Source: Fistulifera solaris (lineage: Eukaryota). Taken from it: DNA of 64,000 nucleotides. The stretch is taken from assembly GCA_030295235.1 (NCBI GenBank), contig AP026164.1:1302001-1366000 (forward strand), read 5' to 3'. Within the stretch, counting starts at the first letter, position 1; each line of letters opens with the position of its first letter. The translations under genes were made by a program, and so were the position numbers. Shown one piece after another: positions 23,708 to 35,930 of this stretch. Below the pieces are notes generated by a model, which saw nothing but the letters and a program-made list of their open reading frames with translations, was not told where the DNA came from and made no database searches.

Positions 23708-23891
23708 TGCACTACGCTTAAGCTGAAGGGGAGTGTAATCGTTTTGTTATTGATGAATTATGCTACATGATGCGAATAAGCTCGTGTGGCGGGGTCCATG
23801 AGTCAGCATGTTGTTGGCGACGTGTCCATTCCAATGGCGACGTCAATTATATTATTGTGTCCGATCCGACATTGTCGTGCAGCGTACTGCA
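23708..23891 (-). repeat. 3' LTR (184 bp)
   Basis: TGCACTACGCT...AGCGTACTGCA. Matches 28585-28769 except for one G in a G-run. Confidence 0.95.
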
Positions 23892-26800
23892 CTCGCTTCC
23901 TCCCAATGGTTGTTACCGATTGCGAGGGGGTGTAAGGATGCAGGAGACGGATGTTGATCCTGTCTTTGATTTTCCGATCGCCCTTAGCAATTTGGACAGT
24001 ACCGTTGGGATATACTTTAAGTACTTCATACGGTCCATCGTACGGTTGGGCATGTTTATACGTGTCTCGACGTTTGTAGAGTACACGGTCACCGGGATGA
24101 TAGGTGTATTTGATTCTTTTGCATTCTCTCTTTTGTTGTTTGTGTTGATGATTGATTGTTTGTGTCGTCTGATTTTTCGAAATCAGGATGAAAGGGTCTG
24201 TCAAAGAGGATGTCAGCGTCCAAAGACGAGTTCAGCTGGTGTTGCAAGATTGGACGTGTGGAACGTTGATCGGATGGCGTAGGCTGTGGCCGCGAGGAAG
24301 CCGGACCAGGGGTCTTTGGGGTCCATGTCTTGTTGTTGGAAGTTGAAAGTGCGCAGCATATTGTGAAGGGTGAGGTGCACTCGCTCCACTACGCTGTTAG
24401 ATTGGGGGTTTTAGATGGGCGCTTGCCGGTTTGCCTTTGACGCCCGTAGCTGGTTAACAGTTCTTGGAATTCATTTCCAGTAAATTCGCCGCCTTGATCG
24501 TATGTGATGTAGTGCGGGCGTGGATAGCGGCAAAACCATTGCCGATCGACGGCTAAGGCTACCGTCTCAGAGGACTTGTCGGAGATTTGGACCACTTCGA
24601 ACCACGATGTGGCCGGGTCAATCATTGTGAGTGCGAGGAGTTCATGTTCGCGGTGATTGGCATCGCGGACGGTGTATGGGCCGATGATGTCAACGCAGAG
24701 TCTTTTCCAGGGCTTGAATTCGGCTTCTTTTGCTGGCAGATGCCCATATTTTTGGTTTTCTTTTGAACATTTTGCATTCATGACAATCTGCTAGAGTTTT
24801 GCGAACGTCGGCAGCGGATGTTGTTCCAATGGAAGTTGCGCCCGAATGGTTAATTCCGTTCTGTCGAGGCCTGGATGGCACAGATTTTGGTGGTACCATT
24901 GAATTATTGGTTTTCGCGAGTGTTGTCGAACGAGGATTTTACCGTCTCGTTTCATGATCGAGAAATTTTGTATCTTTTCGATGTGGATGTCGTTGTGTGT
25001 CTCAAGCTGTTCAAGGAGGTTGGTATCGTTCCATTGATGCTGAGCAATTGTTTCCGTAACTAATGGGGATGGATGTGTGCGCTTGTATTGTCTCTTCACG
25101 CTTGCGTTTGCGCAGATTGGGTGTGTCGGTGGTTGTAGCGTTTTGCGATTGCTGTCGTTGACGTTTGGCAAAAAAAATGTTGTGCTCTTTCTGTGTACTT
25201 TCGGTGTTGTCGAGTTTGGATGGCGTGGACGGCGGGAGATTCGATAAGATTTGTCGAAGCCCCGTGGGTGTTAATGTTCGCGCTAGCGCTGCCTTCGGCC
25301 TTCGACTTCTGGTGTCGGTTTCAAGGGTAGTCGGCTTAAAGCATCGGCTACCACGTTTGCCTCGCCCTTTATATAATGTAATGTGGGCCCAAACTCTTCA
25401 ATATAAAGCAGCCACCGATGGATTCGATCGGGAGGAGCTCGGGTGTGTCTCAAAGGTAAGATTCTTGTGATCTGTCCAAACGTCGATTTCGTATCCTAAC
25501 AAGATGCTGCGGTATTCCCGTAGGGTTTCGGCCGATGGAGAGAAGTTCACGCTCTGTTGTTGTATATTTTTGTTGTGCCGGTGTCAATTTGCGGCTGTAG
25601 AAGGCGATTGGTTTGCCTTTTGCATGATGACTGCGCCAAGTTGGGTTTTGCTGGCATCGGTGTAGATGGTGAATTTCTCTTTGAAGTCGGGTATGCTAGT
25701 GCTACGTCCCGTGAGAGGAGATCTTTTATTGCCTTGAAGGCGTGCTCATGGCGTGGTTCCCAGAGGAATTTGGCTTTTTCGGATTTTTTGGTTAGTTCCG
25801 TGAGTGGTGCGAGTATTGTGGATCGATGTCGCCACATGTCGCGGTAAAAATTGATCATCCCAATAAATCGCCGGACGTCCTTTTGTGACTTCGGTCGATC
25901 CATGTTGAGGATAGCATCAATTTTCTTCCGCACGGGTGTGATACCGTCAGCGGGTGAGCCAGAATCCGAGGTATTCAATTTGTGTGGCGAAGAAGGTAGA
26001 TTTGGGAGCATTGACTTTTAGTCCTGCTGCTTGAAGTCGTTGAAGTACTTGTTCAATCTGGGAGAGATGGTCCTCAAATGAGCCGCGTCCGATGATGAGG
26101 AGGTCGTCCAGATAGGTCCGGACAAAATCTTCAAGACCGGACATCAAGGACATAATCTTTAGTTGGAAGATGTCACTTGCGACTGATATTCCCATGGGGA
26201 GTCGTTGGTAGGAGTACTTGCCCCAGGGGGGTGAGGATAGTGCAGAGATCTTGAGCAAAGGGGGTGAGTCGGATTGTGTAATATCCCATGTTTAAATCTA
26301 ACGCCCGTTCGCGTATTGGAATCCTTCTAGGTTATGGAGGATGTCAGCGATAGTTGGCGTGGGAAGTTTCTTCGTTGCAGTTTTGCGTTGAGCTTGCGGA
26401 AGTCTGTTACAAAGCGAACGGTTCCGTTGGCCTTGGGGATGATGAATGTTGGGTAGGCGTGTGGGCTATCGTCGTTCACGTTTGAGTACGCCGAGAGCTA
26501 CCAGCCGCTTTATTTCTTTATAGAGAGTCTTGCGGTGAATGTGTGGTACCGAGAATGCGGTTCGCGCGTGATAGGGTTGGTCATGGCCGGGCTTTAAAGT
26601 GACGTCGGCCGGTTCACAATCGAAGTCTCCGAGTGTTCCGTCGAATAAGAATTCGAATTTCCTCAGTAACTTGAGTAAGCGCCTTCTTTTGTTGTGGGTT
26701 CAGGGTTGTGATGTTTGCAACTACTTCGTCTAGGTTTGCTTTTTCATTTAGCATCTAGGATTTTTGTCGTCGCTGGTTGCTTTGACCTGCGGGCTTGAGT

Positions 26801-28584
26801 TATGGTCGTCATCGTCAGCCTGCCCTTATGACGTGGAGGGCGTTGGCAACGGATGTAGATGGTTCGGCTTGCATACGTGCAATTGCTCCGTCCCATTCGA
26901 TGCTTTGTCTTGAGTACGAGATGTTGATTTGATTTTGCTCTAGGAAGTCGCTTCCCAGGAGAAGTCCAAAGCGCGGTTTGTCGCTCGGATCTATGTAGAA
27001 TGTCCATTGCACTGACCGCGTTGTTGAAAGTTCCGGTAGTATTATCTCAACGGCTGCTACGTATTTGACGCGGAAGTCGCCGCCTTTCGTCTCAAAGGGG
27101 CTTTCGCGGCATTTGCGCCAATACTGTTTGGGTATCAGCTCGTGGTGGATGAACGATGCGGTAGATCCTGTATCAAGTAGTGCGGTGGACGTTGTCGCTT
27201 CCATGTAACTGTCTATGGGCAATATATCGCATAGTAATGCTGCCTTGCGTCGCCGTCGGTCTACCCTCTTTGGCCTCTTGGGGTCCATAGGTTGGCAGTG
27301 ACGGGTTTTGTCATCCTTTTGGTATATTGTGTGACACATAGAATAGGGAGAAACAGAATAACTAGAATTAGAATCGCTACTGGGCGATCGTCTCACGTCT
27401 TCCCTTGGCTCTGTGGCGCGGGGGTCGGTAGGATGAGGCAGTGCTGGCATCCGATGAGGATGCTTCTTTTATATGGTTGCTGTAGCGCGGACGTTTGCTG
27501 TCTCGGTCGCTAGCTCTGTTTCGGTTTCTAAAATCATCGCGAGGGCGTTTGTCCTGCCTGTCGTCAGCGGTCTCGTCGGTCGTCAGCGATTACGATTCCG
27601 TTCTCGGTCTCGCGGGTTTTTGTTGTCGTCTTCCTTGTTAGCCTTTCGGCGACAGTCGCTGGTGTTGTGCGTCGCTGAGTTACACTCGGAACACCACTTC
27701 CCATCCCTATTGTTTGTTTTGTTGCGCTTCGTGTCGGGCGTTTTTGGATCGGGTGCCTTGTTGGCGTGAAAAGTGTTGTTGAGCTTGTTCCTGGACCTCC
27801 ATGCGCTTGAAGCGTTGGAAAAGCTTCGGCCGGAGTATACTTGTTCGGGTCAGTTCCGTTGTTAGTTAGCTTATTCAGCCACGTGGCCGGAACGGCCTTG
27901 AGCATGAGTCGCCGATAGGAGTTCTCATCTAAGGTGGGCTGTTCGTCCACCGGTAGGGGTTCGCCGTCGGCTCCCAGGTCCTCAGGAAAATACTTGAGGT
28001 CGGCGATCATTTGGTCAATTTCCGAAACGAATTAAGCTGAACGTCAGCCTCCGGGTTTGCGGAGGGTCTCGATGTAGTCGAGTTGGTCTTTTCTCGGGGT
28101 ATCACTGTGAAAGTATTCTTTCTTGACCTTAGATAGTACTACTTGAAAGACGCCAGAGTCTCCGTCGCTACCGTTCGCGGGCTCTCTGGAAATCGTTCAG
28201 GGCCTTTCCAGTGAGGCACGAAGAGGTGACTCCGAACCTGGCTGGGCCGGTCGTACAGGGCTTTCGCTGGAAGACCTCCCGAAGGGCCGGTTCCCATTGG
28301 CACCAAAAACGTGCGTTATCGCCCCCGTACTCTCCGTCCGAATAGGGTCACGCTTTTCTTGTGGATGCCGAGGTCGGCGTTCAGCGGGTTCGTCGAAGTT
28401 CAAACTTGGCGGAAACGCCCGAAGAACAGGGCGTTTGTTCTTGAAGTTGTTCCTCATGTAGATGGAGGGGATGGAGAGTTGGCGAGACATGATGTCACTG
28501 AAACAAGTTCAACAGAATAACGGGCAAGAAAAAAAAAGGTGAGAAATGCAAGAGTACACCGTACCTCGTGCTGTGTTAACACAG

Positions 28585-28769
28585 TGCACTACGCTTAAGC
28601 TGAAGGGGAGTGTAATCGTTTTGTTATTGATGAATTATGCTACATGATGCGAATAAGCTCGTGTGGCGGGGGTCCATGAGTCAGCATGTTGTTGGCGACG
28701 TGTCCATTCCAATGGCGACGTCAATTATATTATTGTGTCCGATCCGACATTGTCGTGCAGCGTACTGCA
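28585..28769 (-). repeat. 5' LTR (185 bp)
   Basis: Direct repeat of 23708-23891 with 11-bp imperfect terminal inverted repeats. Confidence 0.95.
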
Positions 28770-30605
28770 TATCATTGATGAGGCCCTCTCGCCGATGATC
28801 CCAAGCGTACCTAAGTCGCATTATATCAATTTCTTTAGACGAATCGACCCACGGAATATCCGGCAAAGTATGTCAAAAATAACAAAAATACAACCTGCAT
28901 CCAACGAATGTCGAATGGCATGTCGAGATCACGGTACTTCAGTTTGAAAAAAGCTTGCATGAGATCGAGATACAAAACATCATTTCCTTTCCGACTTATT
29001 CATCTTACCCCGATGGGGGTGGTTGTTTGAACAGCCCCAGAAAAGGTTGTCATCCAGGTCCATTGCTCACTTTCTTCACGAGAACAAATTTGCGAGCCAG
29101 GAGAACCCATGACATTCAGCGCTAGAAATGAAAAGTTCACAATGTAACTCCGTCGGACAGTTGGTAGAGAAATTTCCAGTCATGCATCTTGTCAAGTGGG
29201 TCCCTCTAGAAGACGCGTATATAGTGGTCATCAGAACCACCACGCTCGAAACCATGAAGACAGTCCCTGCAAAAACATACCACCGTGTATGTTCGACTGC
29301 AACATTACCTTATCTAATATTGGGGAGCAAGTCAGACAAAACGTCAGCGGATGTCGAACTAAGCGTCAAAAGGTCCTCTTCAGCACTTACCCCACCGTGA
29401 AAGCGTTACAGACGCAAAGTACGTCGCAGTGAGCGTAAGGTCCTCTTCCGGGAACATCGGGACAGACATCTTCGTCGTCTACTGTACAATCCAACAAAAA
29501 AGAACGGAAGCAAAGATTTAGAAGGCCTGAACAGTCAATTCGGTATTTCTGTAAGGGGCTCCGCAGCCACGGCCACCTGCTAATATTAATCTTGTATAAT
29601 AGAAGGAGAATTTTTGAAAGAATTAAAAATTCCTGCTCGAGCTCGGACGTGACGTATTCGATGCTTTTGTCTAGCTCACGAAGGAGCATGGTGGAGTCGT
29701 CAGGAAACCAACCCAATGAAGGAGAGAAAGAAACAGGGTTTGGCAATGCTCCACTTCCTCTCGTAACTTGTCCCGGCAATGTCGTAGATCATCGAGAAAA
29801 ATTCTTTTATTGAATCCACGTTAAATAGCCCTTTCACGGTCCTTCAGAAATCTCTTTCGCACCGCCAAGGTAATGGGAATTCCGCTGTCTCGCTTGATTT
29901 CAATCTTATGAGCCAGATACTCGACTCCAGACATGCGACAGTCGCTGGTGCTACAAGGAAGTCGTTCATCCGCGTTGATTGCATTGCCCCCAGAGTCTTG
30001 TTTGTGTAGAGAGTTTTTCGTTAATTGCGCTTGGAACATAGGTCGTCAAGATGTGGTGAGCTAGGAGTTTTTGATCTATGAAAACCAGCAAAACGATTCA
30101 TATCCTTGCTTTTTTTGAAGACTGGAGCTTCGATGGGTTCATCTGAAGTACTCGAGAATACTCTTAATATTATTTTTGGGGGTTGAACTTCGATCGATCT
30201 TGGATTCTCTCATTATAAGGTTGGCAGTGAAGATTGGCGTTTGAAACCTGATGTTTCGAGATGCAGCGAGAAATAAGCACAAAAAAGGTCTACCAGCATG
30301 GAGCGGTTATTGCCAAAAAAATTAGAGGGAGATCTCGTCGCCGCTCGTCGCAACCGTACAAGTAACTTAAAGAATTTGCATGTAATTTTGAGGTGGTTCA
30401 GCAAAACCCTAGCCTCAATGGTGCTCAAATTTCCGGTACCGTACCTGGTACCGGTACCTTATTGCACCTACCTTGAAAGGACACCAACACCAACAACAAC
30501 TACTACTTGGTACCTCGATTTGCTCTCAGGGCTTCATTGTGAAGATCGATAGCCTGTCTTTTCTTTTATAAATGTCGTTAACAGACAAAACCCAGTTGCA
30601 GTATC

Positions 30606-31545
30606 ATGGATCCGCGTCCCCTAAAGCGCCCGAGGAGTTCAACACCAACCAAAGGCGGTAAGTGAGTGTTGTATTCGGTGGTACCTCACTGCGATTTATC
30701 CTCACTCCTTTACTGCTAAATCATTTAAGATGCTGTGCAGAAAAGAAAGGCTCCAAAAAGAGTAAAAATAAGAAGAAAGTACAACTACCAGAAGCCACTT
30801 CAGCTACTACAAAAACGAAACAGAATGCATCTCCTCTTGACGAGTAAGTCCTTTTGCACTCTCTGATCTACATGGTCTCTTTTACGTGCCTCATGGTCTT
30901 CACCCCCACAGAACAGCGACAGCGGAAGGTCAAATGATGTCGCAGATGCTTTCTACTTTCTCTTTCATCGAACAATCGCGATTTGAAGCATACAAACGCG
31001 CGAAATTAAATCACCCTGCCGTAGAAGACTGGGTGGCAGCATGCGTGTCGCATCACATGTCGCTGGAAGGCCCTGGCCGTCCACTATCCGATCTAGTGAC
31101 ACCAGGAAGTCACCGAGAGATTGCAATGGTCGTGGCGACGGCTGCGAAAATTTACGCGCAACGTCTGGTGGCGGCCGCGTTGAAAGCAGAACGTCCTGGG
31201 GCGCCATTGTCTCCCGAGACTCTTTGGAAAGTGCTACAAGAACGGAGAAGGAATGGAACAGATCCTGGTTTTTACTTACAAAAGAATGGGTCTATACAAT
31301 TGAATGCGCCCCATTCGTGTAAAAATTACGAACAGCGTCGACTCGCTGGGTTAGCGGCGCAAGAGGCATATGATGCAAAGTTTGGGACGGATTCATCAGA
31401 GCACGCAGATGAATGCGCAACCGTCAAAAATGAAGCGAGCGATGCTGTAGAAGAAAGGAGGTCTGATGAAAAGGAGGATACTAAAGCGGCGGACGTCGAG
31501 AATGAAGTGAAAGACGAAGATTTCATGGACGGGGCCGACAATTGA
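30606..31545 (+). CDS. TAF11: TFIID subunit TAF11-like histone-fold protein (2 introns)
   Basis: LSTFSFIEQSRFEAYKRAKL..IAMVVATAAKIYAQRLV..PLSPETL resembles the TAF11 fold. Introns ~30658-30740 and ~30844-30911. Confidence 0.7.
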
Positions 31546-31614
31546 GAGACGAGTCGAACTGAAAACTAATTGAGTTTACGCAATCTATTTGTATGTTCTT
31601 AAATTCTCTTGAAA

Positions 31615-32063
31615 TCATGTGTATAGTATTAATAGAAATAAGACAATGGCTATCACGATCAGAGTCAAAATCAGCATGAAATTCTGCGTGCCCCCAGATT
31701 TTTCAATAAATTCTTTCGTCTTTTGCGTGACATAATCCAGATTGTTCCCCGCTTCCTCTAGATCACGATCCATATCATCTAACATTTTGTTTTGCTGATT
31801 GAGTTCGTCTGAAATTGCCATGGAAAGACTTCCCAATCGCTCCGCCGATTGAGCCAACATTCTAAGCCTTGATCTTGTTGTTGCATTAATTGCTGTTGGC
31901 GCTGCATGCCTCCGACATTATCTCTGTAATTCCCATGATTACTGCTGCTTCGAGAAGCGCTCGGGCGATTGACAAAGTCTTGTTCATCTTCGCTACTGTC
32001 ATCGCTAAACTCATCGAGGGAAATCTTGCGGTAGTCGGGATTATTATTGTTGTTCGAGAACAT
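31615..32063 (-). CDS. Qc-type SNARE (syntaxin-6/Bet1-like), tail-anchored
   Basis: QQDQGLE/MLAQSAERLGSLSMAISDELNQQNKMLDDMD coiled coil plus a C-terminal TM helix. One frameshift at ~31860. Confidence 0.85.
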
Positions 32064-32596
32064 TGTGTGATCTGAGAAAAGCGTCTCAAGACGCCATTCA
32101 ACTTACGGTTTTGTACCTCTTCTTTAAGCAAACGGAAAAGTCTACAACGTTACTGTCGTCTGAATGAACAATCGAACTATCGACAGCAGCAGCGGTTAAG
32201 TCGGCGCTTCGGTGAATGTCCATGATGGGAGATTTTACGTTTTGCAGAGCGTTGACCGTTGCAACCAAAACCGTACTTGCACCAGTACCGGTAGGGTACC
32301 TGGTACCGGTACCGGTACCAGTCCTTGTACTCTCTCTAGAAACCGGAATGACTAAATGACCATTTTGAATGATTTTGCGTCACACACGTGACCAATTCAA
32401 GACTCAAACTCGTACGTGTTTTACTACTTCCACTTGGCACCACGAAGCATTTCAAAAATTCAGTAATAACAGCAAAACAAAGCGTGAACTTCAACGACAC
32501 AACAGAGAAGGACATCAACTAACATCCTCTCTTTTGCCCTAATCAAGAACTATAACCAGTTAAACTTGGAGTTCTTTACAAAATTTTCGATTTATC

Positions 32597-33638
32597 ATGA
32601 TTTGCAACAACTGGCGAATAGTGCCGCTTCTGGCCCTTATCGTTACACTTTCCTCCAACACGGACGCCTTTGTGCTGCCGTCGGCTCGGTCAACTTTTCC
32701 ACTATCGGCTTCTACCACTTCACTTCACGCAGCGGCCGTATCGAATCCTTTCAAACGCTTGCCCTGGATCGTACAAAAGGAAAAAGAGAGAGAAGCTCGT
32801 CGAATGAAACAAGAGCGGGCCAAGTTGCACCGAGAGCTGGGAATTGCCGAAGACGCGACCTACGAAGAAATTGTCGCCGCCACAGATATGCTGATTGCAC
32901 AAGTAGGATCAGATCTTAAAGCAAAAGTCAAGATCGAAATTGCTAAAGACAGAATCTTGCAGATCCGATTGAACGAGAGATTGGCTGGCTTGGCAGCGGA
33001 AAGCAAAGAAGCAAGGGCCATGTCGAGTTATGAACTGGAAGGGTAAGTTTTGTTTTTTTGAGAAAACGGATGTTTCATTTTTTTCTTCTTCTTTTCTGCC
33101 AAAGAATCGATGGCTGAAATACCCGCTAACGAATTCTTGCTTTTTATTTTGTGTGCTTCTTCAACGCCTCTGAATTTACAGAATTGACGAAGATGACAAA
33201 CCAAAGGCTGCGAAAGAATGGAATGCGCCGCGTTGGACACAAGGGCTTGTTGTGAAGCCCGACGAACAGCACCTGAAATCACAGATTCGATTGTGGGGAA
33301 TTGTAACGGCTATTGGTGTTGCTCTTCCACCAGCTCAGGAATACTTGGGCCGATTTACGTGGTTGATTTGTGTCGCTCAGCTCACATTCCGTGGCATGCC
33401 TCGTGATCAAATGGAAGGCGGAGGTATGGGAATGAGTTTCAATGCGGGTGGAAAAGGCGGACACCGAAAGGTAGCTTTCGCCCTAGGTTTCGCTACCTGG
33501 GTGGTCGGTGCCGTAATTTCGTACGGTCTGATGCCCTCGTGGGCCCGCGGACAGCGATGGTCCGCCACACTTGGCTTCACCATGCAGAACCTTATCTTTG
33601 GTGTGGTGTCTTCGTATTTACAACCGTACAAAGGATAA
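32597..33638 (+). CDS. Plastid-targeted CPP1-like (chaperone-like protein of POR1, DUF3353-type)
   Basis: Signal peptide ending in DAF (ASAFAP-like). J-like LGIAEDATYEEIVAA..KIEIAKDRIL..RL followed by TM helices. Intron ~33043-33181. Confidence 0.7.
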
Positions 33639-33739
33639 CGAAATAAAAATAAAAGAAGTGTTTGAATTCCGTTATTTTATTTGATGATTCGTTCCGAGTG
33701 ATGCAGATTATGATGCGAGGAAGCCGAAGCAATGTCTCA

Positions 33740-34793
33740 CTAATCTGGATGTGTTTTCCATATCCGAATGGTTCCATCTTCGGATCCTGATGCGTAGGTG
33801 GAGCCGTCGGGTGAGTATCGAAGGCAGCGGATGGGTCCATGATGCCCTTTGTGACACTCAAGCTCTTGACCGGTGGCCGTGGCAAAGACTCGGACCCACA
33901 AATCGCTACCTCCCGCTACAAACATTTCACCGGATGGATGCAACGAGACACCACCTTCCTCTCGAAAATGAACGGGCATTTTGTACGAATGCATCAAGGA
34001 TCGGTCCGCCAGGTTGAAAAAGTATACTTTGTCGCCTGCTGCCACGGAAAGTATTTGACGCGAAGCAGTGGTGCTCGTGATATCCATATCACGAATTTCC
34101 ACTCCGTTTTCAGTTTTTAAAACGTGTATCAACTTCCCCGGGGACGAGAGAGAATCGATCTGCCAAAATCGAATACAACCATCGGTGCCACCAGCCAACA
34201 AAACATTGTTGGAGATCCACAAGCATTTGTTTATCCCAATCTTCGGACCAGAGGACTGAGCGATCTCCAGCGCTGCGTTCTTGGGATGAAGTAAATCATA
34301 AACTCGAATGATTCCTTCGTGCCCGCCAGTCGCGAGCCACCTACTATTGGGTGTAAAATCACAAGTCTTAACGATATGCTTGTGGGGCAACTGGTGCAAG
34401 TCCTTTCCTGTAATGGCATCCCATACATGTACACTGTAATCACCGCTCGCGGTTGCTGCTAAATTCCCTGACGGATCGAGTCGACAGCACCACACAGCGC
34501 CTTTGTGGCCTACAAACGTACCGATCCAATCGCCAGTGATTCCATCTCGAACCATCGGTTTCTTGTCTATGCAACAGTAAGAGCAAATCAGGAGGTTAGA
34601 GGACTGCGTCAACGCAAACGCTTTACAACGATAGCTTCAAGCGTCTTACCATGACAGGCGGAAATGAGCAGAGTTCTGTTTTCCCCGACACATGGATAAA
34701 TTGGAGCTCAGCGAGAGGTCGGGTGTGTCCGGGACAAACGATAGGGATTTGACGACCCGGATGATTCTTTTCAGCGGTATCCTCCGCGCCCAT
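33740..34793 (-). CDS. STRAP: Serine-threonine kinase receptor-associated WD40 protein (STRAP/UNRIP)
   Basis: IPIVCPGHTRPL..LISACH|DKKPMVRDGITGDWIGTFVGHKGAVW ... KGHHGPIRCLRYSPDG.TYASGSEDGTIRIW. Confidence 0.9.
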
Positions 34794-34952
34794 TTTTCTG
34801 TTTATATATTAATCGAGCTAATGGAAACATGGAAGTTTTTATTCATGCAGCGGAGTATTTATTACTCCAGTATTTTTGAACGTTGCGCGCCGGCGGGCGG
34901 GACAACCCGGAGTTTGTGTGTTCCAAACACATCATTCATCAATCTGCATCGC

Positions 34953-35930
34953 ATTCATCGGGTCCTTTTCAAAAGAAAGTCTTTTTCACTACAAGTATTA
35001 CCAACATGGACACTTCCTTCCATCGAACAATAATCAACGTCGATTCCATCTAAAACAAGAAAGAAGAGAATAGCAGCATGATGTTTCGAATGTCTACGTG
35101 AAATCCACGATTCACGTAAGCCGCGTAGGAATTTTATCTATGTAGGTAGCACCTGGCACTCATCGAATTAGACCTCATCAATAATTCTCGGGTCCAACAG
35201 CGACAAACTCCATCGTAACATTCATCAACATACCTTCCTAGAGACCATAAAGGAAGATTGACATTACCAAGCATGAAAAAAGAAAAAGATGTAATGTTGC
35301 GAATGGCTACGTCCATTTCATGTGGGCCCCGTAGAGAAATTTATCTATAGAGGGATACTTGAACCCGGATATTGTATACTTCGACATCATCCATTATTCA
35401 TGTATGTTTGACTGCAATGCCATAAAACCTTTCGGCAATATCATTAATCCTCACTAAGAAGCGATATTCACGTCAGTTCCACATCAAAACGTAAAGAAAG
35501 AAAAAGATACAAAGTTTCTAATTACAAAGTATATGTGAAATTCACGTAGGCCCTGAGTTCATATTTTTATCCGAAGCCGAAAGGCGCATCTGTAATCACT
35601 AATGTCCGTCGTTCTTCTAACACTACCAATCAAAGGGAATTAATTAGAATCAACAAACATGATTGTGTCAATGGATCTCGGCGAAAATGTCGGCACACCG
35701 GTCTCTTCAATATTCACTATTGTCCAAAGTGTTGTCCGTTTTTCGCCACGACTGCATTTCAGTCAAGAGTCCGCGAAATTCATCGGGTTCCTTTCAAACG
35801 AACGCCTGTTTTACGTATAATCAACATGGACACCACACTCCAATGAACAATTATCGACGTTGATTCCATCTCAAAATGAAAAAGAGAATATCGCTACAAA
35901 GTTTAGAGTGTCAACGTACAGTTCGCGTTT
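34953..35930. repeat. Intergenic patchwork of decayed repeats, including a ~150-bp diverged direct repeat (34953-35100 vs 35778-35920)
   Basis: Shared blocks ATTCATCGGG, CAACATGGACAC, GAACAAT, GATTCCATCT and AAGAGAATA occur in the same order in both copies. Confidence 0.7.

Larger units (their letters stand above)
23708..28769 (-). mobile_element. Full-length Ty3/gypsy LTR retrotransposon (5062 bp)
   Basis: Two LTRs TG..CA, 5-bp TSD TATCA (23703-23707 and 28770-28774), PPT next to the 3' LTR (23892-23905). Domain order gag (CSECNSATHNTSDC knuckle), protease (LLDTGS), RT (YLDD), RNase H, integrase (VDIIGP, DQGGEF, GPY). Confidence 0.96.
23660..30039 (-). pseudogene. Tandem paralog of the K+ channel, pseudogenised and split by the LTR element (host parts ~23660-23707 and 28770-30039)
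   Basis: RLRYAWDHRREGLINDMQ|AEELDDKLDQF joins across the element and matches the intact copy. Pore 1 Tyr codon is TAA (29310-29312) and pore 2 reads TTTPIG|YRD. Confidence 0.8.

Noticed and set aside
28561..28575. GTACCTCGTGCTGTG as a half-tRNA-His primer match
   Set aside because: The resemblance is superficial, it does not abut the LTR, and it cannot be verified without host tRNA sequences.
28663..28947. ORFs spanning the LTR and flank as a new chimeric gene
   Set aside because: Explained by the LTR abutting the K+ channel pseudogene exon.
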